A program made the position numbers and the translations under genes. From Auanema rhodensis (Eukaryota > Animalia > Nematoda): a stretch of DNA of 64,000 bases. The stretch spans positions 18,786,001 through 18,850,000 of the forward strand of contig OZ059899.1 in the NCBI GenBank assembly GCA_964057225.1. Reading direction: 5' to 3'. Each line of letters opens with the position of its first letter. The stretch's first letter is position 1. Below the pieces are notes generated by a model. The model made no database searches. It was given only the letters and a program-made list of their open reading frames with translations, and had not been told where the DNA came from. This document shows positions 53,601 through 64,000 of the stretch, in pieces.

Positions 53601-56600
53601 ATCCGCATCGAATGCACTATACAACATTGAGAAACGCTTAATACAAAAATTAGTTATGATCGTTTGAAAAATGATGCATTAGTGTATGTTGAGTTTCCAT
53701 GTACACTCAACATTGCTTCCAAAAACATTTTTACAAAAATTTTTCCGGAAAATTTCGAAACAATTTTGCAAAAAGTAGATGTTTTTAGATTCCTTTTTCC
53801 AAGGCAAAGACGATGGACAATGTTATTCAACGAAAAAATTAATTCTGCAGGGTGAAAATCGAGGATATAAGTGTGAACTTATATCAGTTGATATCTCGGT
53901 GCATTTTTAAGCTAGCGCAAATCTGATAACACAGATCGACGCAGCTTAAAAATCCGCATCGAATGCACTATACAACATTGAGAAACGCTTAATACAAAAA
54001 TTAGTTATGATCGTTTGAAAAATGATGCATTAGTGTATGTTGAGTTTCCATGTACACTCAACATTGCTTCCAAAAACATTTTGACAAAAATTTTTCCGGA
54101 AAATTTCGAAACAATTTCGCAAAAAGTAGATGTTTTTAGATTCCTTTTTCCAAGGCAAAGACGATGGACAATGTTATTCAACGAAAAAATTAATTCTGCA
54201 GGGTGAAAATCGAGGATATAAGTGTGAACTTATATCAGTTGATATCTCGGTGCATTTTTAAGCTAGCGCAAATCTGATAACACAGATCGACGCAGCTTAA
54301 AAATCCGCATCGAATGCACTATACAACATTGAGAAACGCTTAATACAAAAATTAGTTATGATCGTTTGAAAAATGATGCATTAGTGTATGTTGAGTTTCC
54401 ATGTACACTCAACATTGCTTCCAAAAACATTTTGACAAAAATTTTTCCGAAAAATTTCAAAATAATTTTGCAAAAAGTAGATGTTTTTAGATTCCTTTTT
54501 TCAAGGCAAAGACGATGGACAATGTTATTCAACGAAAAAATTAATTCTCCAGGGTGAAAATCGAGGATGTAAGTGTGAACTTATATCAGTTGATATCTCG
54601 GTGCATTTTTAAGCTAGCGCAAATCTGATAACACAGATCGACGCAGCGTAAAAATCCGCATCGAATGCACTATACAACATTGAGAAACGCTTAATACAAA
54701 AATTAGTTATGATCGTTTGAAAAATGATGCATTAGTGTATGTTGAGTTTCCATGTACACTCAACATTGCTTCCAAAAACATTTTGACAAAAATTTTTCCG
54801 GAAAATTTCGAAACAATTTCGCAAAAAGTAGATGTTTTTAGATTCCTTTTTCCAAGGCAAAGACGATGGACAATGTTATTCAACGAAAAAATTAATTCTC
54901 CAGGGTGAAAATCGAGGATGCAAGTGTGAACTTATATCAGTTGATATCTCGGTGCATTTTCAAGCTAGCGCAAATCTGATAACACAGATCGACGCAGCTT
55001 AAAAATCCGCATCGAATGCACTATACAACATTGAGAAACGCTTAATACAAAAATTAGTTATGATCGTTTGAAAAATGATGCATTAGTGTATGTTGAGTTT
55101 CCATGTACACTCAACATTGCTTCCAAAAACATTTTTACAAAAATTTTTCCGGAAAATTTCGAAACAATTTTGCAAAAAGTAGATGTTTTTAGATTCCTTT
55201 TTCCAAGGCAAAGACGATGGACAATGTTATTCAACGAAAAAATTAATTCTGCAGGGTGAAAATCGAGGATATAAGTGTGAACTTATATCAGTTGATATCT
55301 CGGTGCATTTTTAAGCTAGCGCAAATCTGATAACACAGATCAACGCAGCTTAAAAATCCGCATCGAATGCACTATACAACATTGAGAAACGCTTAATACA
55401 AAAATTAGTTATGATCGTTTGAAAAATGATGCATTAGTGTATGTTGAGTTTCCATGTACACTCAACATTGCTTCCAAAAACATTTTGACAAAAATTTTTC
55501 CGAAAAATTTCAAAATAATTTTGCAAAAAGTAGATGTTTTTAGATTCCTTTTTCCAAGGCAAAGACGATGGACAATGTTATTCAACGAAAAAATTAATTC
55601 TCCAGGGTGAAAATCGAGGATGCAAGTGTGAACTTATATCAGTTGATATCTCGGTGCATTTTCAAGCTAGCGCAAATCTGATAACACAGATCGACGCAGC
55701 TTAAAAATCCGCATCGAATGCACTATACAACATTGAGAAACGCTTAATACAAAAATTAGTTATGATCGTTTGAAAAATGATGCATTAGTGTATGTTGAGT
55801 TTCCATGTACACTCAACATTGCTTCCAAAAACATTTTGACAAAAATTTTTCCGAAAATTTTCGAAACAATTTCGCAAAAAGTAGATGTTTTTAGATTCCT
55901 TTTTTCAAGGCAAAGACGATGGACATTGTTATTCAACGAAAAAATTAATTCTGCAGGGTGAAAATCGAGGATATAAGTGTGAACTTATATCAGTTGATAT
56001 CTCGGTGCATTTTAAAGATAGCGCAAATCTGATAACACAGATCGACGCAGATTGAAAATCCGCATCGAATGCACTATACTACATTGCGAAACGCTTAATA
56101 CAAAAATTAGTTATGATCGTTTGAAAAATGATGCATTAGTGTATGTTGAGTTTCCATGTACACTCAACATTGCTTCCAAAAACATTTTGACAAAAATTTT
56201 TCCGAAAAATTTCAAAATAATTTTGCAAAAAGTAGATGTTTTTAGATTTCTTTTTTCAAGGCAAAGACGATGGACAATGTTATTCAACGAAAAAATTAAT
56301 TCTCCAGGGTGAAAATCGAGGATGTAAGTGTGAACTTATATCAGTTGATATCTCGGTGCATTTTTAAGCTAGCGCAAATCTGATAACACAGATCGACGCA
56401 GCTTAAACATCCGCATCGAATGCACTATACAACATTGAGAAACGCTTAATACAAAAATTAGTTATGATCGTTTGAAAAATGATGCATTAGTGTATGTTGA
56501 GTTTCCATGTACACTCAACATTGCTTCCAAAAACATTTTTACAAAAATTTTTCCGAAAATTTTCGAAACAATTTCGCAAAAAGTAGATGTTTTTAGATTC

Positions 56601-58577
56601 CTTTTTTCAAGGCAAAGACGATGGACATTGTTATTCAACGAAAAAATTAATTCTGCAGGGTGAAAATCGAGGATATAAGTGTGAACTTATATCAGTTGAT
56701 ATCTCGGTGCATTTTCAAGCTAGCGCAAATCTGATAACACAGATCGACGCAGCTTAAAAATCCGCATCGAATGCACTATACAACATTGAGAAACGCTTAA
56801 TACAAAAATTAGTTATGATCGTTTGAAAAATGATGCATTAGTGTATGTTGAGTTTCCATGTACACTCAACATTGCTTCCAAAAACATTTTTACAAAAATT
56901 TTTCCGGAAAATTTCGAAACAATTTCGCAAAAAGTAGATGTTTTTAGATTCCTTTTTCCAAGGCAAAGACGATGGACAATGTTATTCAACGAAAAAATTA
57001 ATTCTCCAGGGTGAAAATCGAGGATGCAAGTGTGAACTTATATCAGTTGATATCTCGGTGCATTTTCAAGCTAGCGCAAATCTGATAACACAGATCGACG
57101 CAGCTTAAAAATCCGCATCGAATGCACTATACAACATTGAGAAACGCTTAATACAAAAATTAGTTATGATCGTTTGAAAAATGATGCATTAGTGTATGTT
57201 GAGTTTCCATGTACACTCAACATTGCTTCCAAAAACATTTTGACAAAAATTTTTCCGAAAAATTTCAAAATAATTTTGCAAAAAGTAGATGTTTTTAGAT
57301 TTCTTTTTTCAAGGCAAAGACGATGGACAATGTTATTCAACGAAAAAATTAATTCTCCATGGTGAAAATCGAGGATGTAAGTGTGAACTTATATCAGTTG
57401 ATATCTCGGTGCATTTTAAAGATAGCGCAAATCTGATAACACAGATCGACGCAGATTGAAAATCCGCATCGAATGCACTATACTACATTGCGAAACGCTT
57501 AATACAAAAATTAGTTATGATCGTTTGAAAAATGATGCATTAGTGTATGTTGAGTTTCCATGTACACTCAACATTGCTTCCAAAAACATTTTGACAAAAA
57601 TTTTTCCGAAAAATTTCAAAATAATTTTGCAAAAAGTAGATGTTTTTAGATTTCTTTTTTCAAGGCAAAGACGATGGACAATGTTATTCAACGAAAAAAT
57701 TAATTCTCCAGGGTGAAAATCGAGGATGTAAGTGTGAACTTATATCAGTTGATATCTCGGTGCATTTTTAAGCTAGCGCAAATCTGATAACACAGATCGA
57801 CGCAGCTTAAACATCCGCATCGAATGCACTATACAACATTGAGAAACGCTTAATACAAAAATTAGTTATGATCGTTTGAAAAATGATGCATTAGTGTATG
57901 TTGAGTTTCCATGTACACTCAACATTGCTTCCAAAAACATTTTTACAAAAATTTTTCCGAAAATTTTCGAAACAATTTCGCAAAAAGTAGATGTTTTTAG
58001 ATTCCTTTTTTCAAGGCAAAGACGATGGACATTGTTATTCAACGAAAAAATTAATTCTGCAGGGTGAAAATCGAGGATATAAGTGTGAACTTATATCAGT
58101 TGATATCTCGGTGCATTTTCAAGCTAGCGCAAATCTGATAACACAGATCGACGCAGCTTAAAAATCCGCATCGAATGCACTATACAACATTGAGAAACGC
58201 TTAATACAAAAATTAGTTATGATCGTTTGAAAAATGATGCATTAGTGTATGTTGAGTTTCCATGTACACTCAACATTGCTTCCAAAAACATTTTTACAAA
58301 AATTTTTCCGGAAAATTTCGAAACAATTTCGCAAAAAGTAGATGTTTTTAGATTCCTTTTTCCAAGGCAAAGACGATGGACAATGTTATTCAACGAAAAA
58401 ATTAATTCTCCAGGGTGAAAATCGAGGATGCAAGTGTGAACTTATATCAGTTGATATCTCGGTGCATTTTCAAGCTAGCGCAAATCTGATAACACAGATC
58501 GACGCAGCTTAAAAATCCGCATCGAATGCACTATACAACATTGAGAAACGCTTAATACAAAAATTAGTTATGATCGT
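47697..58577. repeat. Region of mostly tetrameric higher-order duplications marked by a divergent AAAGAT...AGATTG tract
   Basis: The tract occurs at 47941, 49345, 50398, 51802, 56014 and 57418, forming three pairs each 1404 bp apart. The GCTTAC variant is in units 48399 and 49803. Confidence 0.8.
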
Positions 58578-61034
58578 TTGAAAAATGATGCATTAGTGTA
58601 TGTTGAGTTTCCATGTACACTCAACATTGCTTCCAAAAACATTTTTACAAAAATTTTTCCGGAAAATTTCGAAACAATTTTGCAAAAAGTAGATGTTTTT
58701 AGATTCCTTTTTCCAAGGCAAAGACGATGGACAATGTTATTCAACGAAAAAATTAATTCTGCAGGGTGAAAATCGAGGATATAAGTGTGAACTTATATCA
58801 GTTGATATCTCGGTGCATTTTTAAGCTAGCGCAAATCTGATAACACAGATCGACGCAGCTTAAAAATCCGCATCGAATGCACTATACAACATTGAGAAAC
58901 GCTTAATACAAAAATTAGTTATGATCGTTTGAAAAATGATGCATTAGTGTATGTTGAGTTTCCATGTACACTCAACATTGCTTCCAAAAACATTTTGACA
59001 AAAATTTTTCCGGAAAATTTCGAAACAATTTCGCAAAAAGTAGATGTTTTTAGATTCCTTTTTCCAAGGCAAAGACGATGGACAATGTTATTCAACGAAA
59101 AAATTAATTCTCCAGGGTGAAAATCGAGGATGCAAGTGTGAACTTATATCAGTTGATATCTCGGTGCATTTTCAAGCTAGCGCAAATCTGATAACACAGA
59201 TCGACGCAGCTTAAAAATCCGCATCGAATGCACTATACAACATTGAGAAACGCTTAATACAAAAATTAGTTATGATCGTTTGAAAAATGATGCATTAGTG
59301 TATGTTGAGTTTCCATGTACACTCAACATTGCTTCCAAAAACATTTTGACAAAAATTTTCCCTAAAAATTTCAAAATAATTTCACAAAAAGTAGATGTTT
59401 TTAGATTCCTTTTTCCAAGGCAAAAACGATGGACAATGTTATTCAACGAAAAAATTAATTCTGCAGGGTGAAAATCGAGGATGTAAGTGTGAACTTATAT
59501 CAGTTGATATCTCGGTGCATTTTTAAGCTAGCGCAAATCTGATAACACAGATCGACGCAGCTTAAAAATCCGCATCGAATGCACTATACAACATTGAGAA
59601 ACGCTTAATACAAAAATTAGTTATGATCGTTTGAAAAATGATGCATTAGTGTATGTTGAGTTTCCATGTACACTCAACATTGCTTCCAAAAACATTTTGA
59701 CAAAAATTTTTCCGAAAAATTTCAAAATAATTTTGCAAAAAGTAGATGTTTTTAGATTCCTTTTTTCAAGGCAAAGACGATGGACAATGTTATTCAACGA
59801 AAAAATTAATTCTCCAGGGTGAAAATCGAGGATGTAAGTGTGAACTTATATCAGTTGATATCTCGGTGCATTTTTAAGCTAGCGCAAATCTGATAACACA
59901 GATCGACGCAGCGTAAAAATCCGCATCGAATGCACTATACAACATTGAGAAACGCTTAATACAAAAATTAGTTATGATCGTTTGAAAAATGATGCATTAG
60001 TGTATGTTGAGTTTCCATGTACACTCAACATTGCTTCCAAAAACATTTTGACAAAAATTTTTCCGAAAAATTTCAAAACAATTTTGCAAAAAGTAGATGT
60101 TTTTAGATTCCTTTTTCCAAGGCAAAGACGATGGACAATGTTATTCAACGAAAAAATTAATTCTGCAGGGTGAAAATCGAGGATATAAGTGTGAACTTAT
60201 ATCAGTTGATATCTCGGTGCATTTTTAAGCTAGCGCAAATCTGATAACACAGATCGACGCAGCTTAAAAATCCGCATCGAATGCACTATACAACATTGAG
60301 AAACGCTTAATACAAAAATTAGTTATGATCGTTTGAAAAATGATGCATTAGTGTATGTTGAGTTTCCATGTACACTCAACATTGCTTCCAAAAACATTTT
60401 TACAAAAATTTTTCCGGAAAATTTCGAAACAATTTTGCAAAAAGTAGATGTTTTTAGATTCCTTTTTCCAAGGCAAAGACGATGGACAATGTTATTCAAC
60501 GAAAAAATTAATTCTGCAGGGTGAAAATCGAGGATATAAGTGTGAACTTATATCAGTTGATATCTCGGTGCATTTTTAAGCTAGCGCAAATCTGAAAACA
60601 CAGATCGACGCAGCTTAAAAATCCGCATCGAATGCACTATACAACATTGAGAAACGCTTAATACAAAAATTAGTTATGATCGTTTGAAAAATGATGCATT
60701 AGTGTATGTTGAGTTTCCATGTACACTCAACATTGCTTCCAAAAACATTTTTACAAAAATTTTTCCGGAAAATTTCGAAACAATTTTGCAAAAAGTAGAT
60801 GTTTTTAGATTCCTTTTTCCAAGGCAAAGACGATGGACAATGTAATTCAACGAAAAAATTAATTCTGCAGGGTGAAAATCGAGGATATAAGTGTGAACTT
60901 ATATCAGTTGATATCTCGGTGCATTTTTAAGCTAGCGCAAATCTGATAACACAGATCAACGCAGCTTAAAAATCCGCATCGAATGCACTATACAACATTG
61001 AGAAACGCTTAATACAAAAATTAGTTATGATCGT

Positions 61035-63491
61035 TTGAAAAATGATGCATTAGTGTATGTTGAGTTTCCATGTACACTCAACATTGCTTCCAAAAACATT
61101 TTGACAAAAATTTTTCCGAAAAATTTCAAAATAATTTTGCAAAAAGTAGATGTTTTTAGATTCCTTTTTTCAAGGCAAAGACGATGGACAATGTTATTCA
61201 ACGAAAAAATTAATTCTCCAGGGTGAAAATCGAGGATGTAAGTGTGAACTTATATCAGTTGATATCTCGGTGCATTTTTAAGCTAGCGCAAATCTGATAA
61301 CACAGATCGACGCAGCGTAAAAATCCGCATCGAATGCACTATACAACATTGAGAAACGCTTAATACAAAAATTAGTTATGATCGTTTGAAAAATGATGCA
61401 TTAGTGTATGTTGAGTTTCCATGTACACTCAACATTGCTTCCAAAAACATTTTTACAAAAATTTTTCCGGAAAATTTCGAAACAATTTTGCAAAAAGTAG
61501 ATGTTTTTAGATTCCTTTTTCCAAGGCAAAGACGATGGACAATGTTATTCAACGAAAAAATTAATTCTGCAGGGTGAAAATCGAGGATATAAGTGTGAAC
61601 TTATATCAGTTGATATCTCGGTGCATTTTTAAGCTAGCGCAAATCTGATAACACAGATCGACGCAGCTTAAAAATCCGCATCGAATGCACTATACAACAT
61701 TGAGAAACGCTTAATACAAAAATTAGTTATGATCGTTTGAAAAATGATGCATTAGTGTATGTTGAGTTTCCATGTACACTCAACATTGCTTCCAAAAACA
61801 TTTTGACAAAAATTTTTCCGAAAAATTTCAAAATAATTTTGCAAAAAGTAGATGTTTTTAGATTCCTTTTTTCAAGGCAAAGACGATGGACAATGTTATT
61901 CAACGAAAAAATTAATTCTCCAGGGTGAAAATCGAGGATGTAAGTGTGAACTTATATCAGTTGATATCTCGGTGCATTTTTAAGCTAGCGCAAATCTGAT
62001 AACACAGATCGACGCAGCGTAAAAATCCGCATCGAATGCACTATACAACATTGAGAAACGCTTAATACAAAAATTAGTTATGATCGTTTGAAAAATGATG
62101 CATTAGTGTATGTTGAGTTTCCATGTACACTCAACATTGCTTCCAAAAACATTTTTACAAAAATTTTTCCGGAAAATTTCGAAACAATTTTGCAAAAAGT
62201 AGATGTTTTTAGATTCCTTTTTCCAAGGCAAAGACGATGGACAATGTTATTCAACGAAAAAATTAATTCTGCAGGGTGAAAATCGAGGATATAAGTGTGA
62301 ACTTATATCAGTTGATATCTCGGTGCATTTTTCAGCTAGCGCAAATCTGATAACACAGATCGACGCAGCTTAAAAATCCGCATCGAATGCACTATACAAC
62401 ATTGAGAAACGCTTAATACAAAAATTAGTTATGATCGTTTGAAAAATGATGCATTAGTGTATGTTGAGTTTCCATGTACACTCAACATTGCTTCCAAAAA
62501 CATTTTGACAAAAATTTTTCCGAAAAATTTCAAAATAATTTTGCAAAAAGTAGATGTTTTTAGATTCCTTTTTTCAAGGCAAAGACGATGGACAATGTTA
62601 TTCAACGAAAAAATTAATTCTCCAGGGTGAAAATCGAGGATGTAAGTGTGAACTTATATCAGTTGATATCTCGGTGCATTTTTAAGCTAGCGCAAATCTG
62701 ATAACACAGATCGACGCAGCGTAAAAATCCGCATCGAATGCACTATACAACATTGAGAAACGCTTAATACAAAAATTAGTTATGATCGTTTGAAAAATGA
62801 TGCATTAGTGTATGTTGAGTTTCCATGTACACTCAACATTGCTTCCAAAAACATTTTTACAAAAATTTTTCCGGAAAATTTCGAAACAATTTTGCAAAAA
62901 GTAGATGTTTTTAGATTCCTTTTTCCAAGGCAAAGACGATGGACAATGTTATTCAACGAAAAAATTAATTCTGCAGGGTGAAAATCGAGGATATAAGTGT
63001 GAACTTATATCAGTTGATATCTCGGTGCATTTTTAAGCTAGCGCAAATCTGATAACACAGATCGACGCAGCTTAAAAATCCGCATCGAATGCACTATACA
63101 ACATTGAGAAACGCTTAATACAAAAATTAGTTATGATCGTTTGAAAAATGATGCATTAGTGTATGTTGAGTTTCCATGTACACTCAACATTGCTTCCAAA
63201 AACATTTTGACAAAAATTTTTCCGAAAAATTTCAAAATAATTTTGCAAAAAGTAGATGTATTTAGATTCCTTTTTTCAAGGCAAAGACGATGGACAATGT
63301 TATTCAACAAAAAAATTAATTCTCCAGGGTGAAAATCGAGGATGTAAGTGTGAACTTATATCAGTTGATATCTCGGTGCATTTTTAAGCTAGCGCAAATC
63401 TGATAACACAGATCGACGCAGCGTAATAATCCGCATCGAATGCACTATACAACATTGAGAAACGCTTAATACAAAAATTAGTTATGATCGT
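61035..63491. repeat. Dimeric (702-bp) higher-order run
   Basis: Strict alternation of two monomer types: 61035/61737/62439/63141 (followed by GCAGCGTA) versus 61386/62088/62790. Confidence 0.85.
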
Positions 63492-64000
63492 TTGAAAAAT
63501 GATGCATTAGTGTATGTTGAGTTTCCATGTACACTCAACATTGCTTCCAAAAACATTTTTACAAAAATTTTTCCGAAAATTTTCGAAACAATTTCGCAAA
63601 AAGTAGATGTTTTTAGATTCCTTTTTTCAAGGCAAAGACGATGGACAATGTTATTCAACGAAAAAATTAATTCTGCAGGGTGAAAATCGAGGATATAAGT
63701 GTGAACTTATATCAGTTGATATCTCGGTGCATTTTTAAGCTAGCGCAAATCTGATAACACAGATCGACGCAGCTTAAAAATCCGCATCGAATGCACTATA
63801 CAACATTGAGAAACGCTTAATACAAAAATTAGTTATGATCGTTTGAAAAATGATGCATTAGTGTATGTTGAGTTTCCATGTACACTCAACATTGCTTCCA
63901 AAAACATTTTGACAAAAATTTTTCCGAAAAATTTCAAAATAATTTTGCAAAAAGTAGATGTTTTTAGATTCCTTTTTTCAAGGCAAAGACGATGGACAAT

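Larger units (their letters stand above)
1..64000. repeat. Tandem satellite DNA array, 351-bp monomer, ~182 head-to-tail copies, running off both window edges
   Basis: Landmarks recur every 351 bp: ORF-track starts at 312, 1014, 1365 ... 63492, and 63492-312 = 180 x 351. Copies differ only by scattered substitutions. No unique sequence or inversion seen. Confidence 0.99.

Noticed and set aside
56052-57716. Two 86-aa extended ORFs
   Set aside because: Created by the divergent tract (new TTG, TGA>TGC) and copied by a tetramer duplication; no coding evidence.
312-63683. ~177 copies of a 63-aa ORF (MKNDALVYVEF...) as a tandem gene family or diversified cassette array
   Set aside because: It starts at TTG, shows no recognisable domain, and its K/F/I/N-rich composition mirrors the A/T tracts. 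Common variants are mostly non-synonymous. Nonsense alleles (684-686, 3141-3143, 47022-47024, 60843-60845) and a frameshift (26805-26811) occur, one of them duplicated. The non-ORF part of the unit is equally conserved. Ribosome profiling or proteomics would be needed to overturn this.
1-64000. CRISPR array, integron-like cassette array or rDNA/5S/tRNA/snRNA tandem cluster
   Set aside because: There are no unique spacers or cassettes because the whole unit repeats. No cas or integrase gene is present, and I recognise no rRNA, tRNA cloverleaf or Pol III box motifs.

Overview
The whole 64 kb window is one uninterrupted head-to-tail tandem array of a 351-bp AT-rich monomer: about 182 copies, ~33% GC by hand count of the first unit, all in one orientation. 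It is best read as eukaryotic satellite DNA, plausibly (peri)centromeric heterochromatin; the host cannot be identified from the sequence alone. I find no supportable genes, RNA genes, transposon insertions or CRISPR array, and the repeated 63-aa 'ORF' is a by-product of the repeat. The interesting content is structural. (i) Each monomer carries at least four dyad symmetries: a 9-bp stem whose loop variants all keep G..A (four of five are GNRA), a second 9-bp stem, a ~67-bp multi-stem hairpin, and a small dyad whose two main alleles differ by a compensatory G-C/A-T swap. (ii) Length is almost perfectly conserved, with only two 1-bp indels seen. (iii) There are three spatial subfamily domains. 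(iv) Nested, local higher-order duplications (2-, 3-, 4-, 5-, ~10/11- and ~17/18-mers) allow part of the array history to be reconstructed. I cannot support a claim of a new protein-coding system here.
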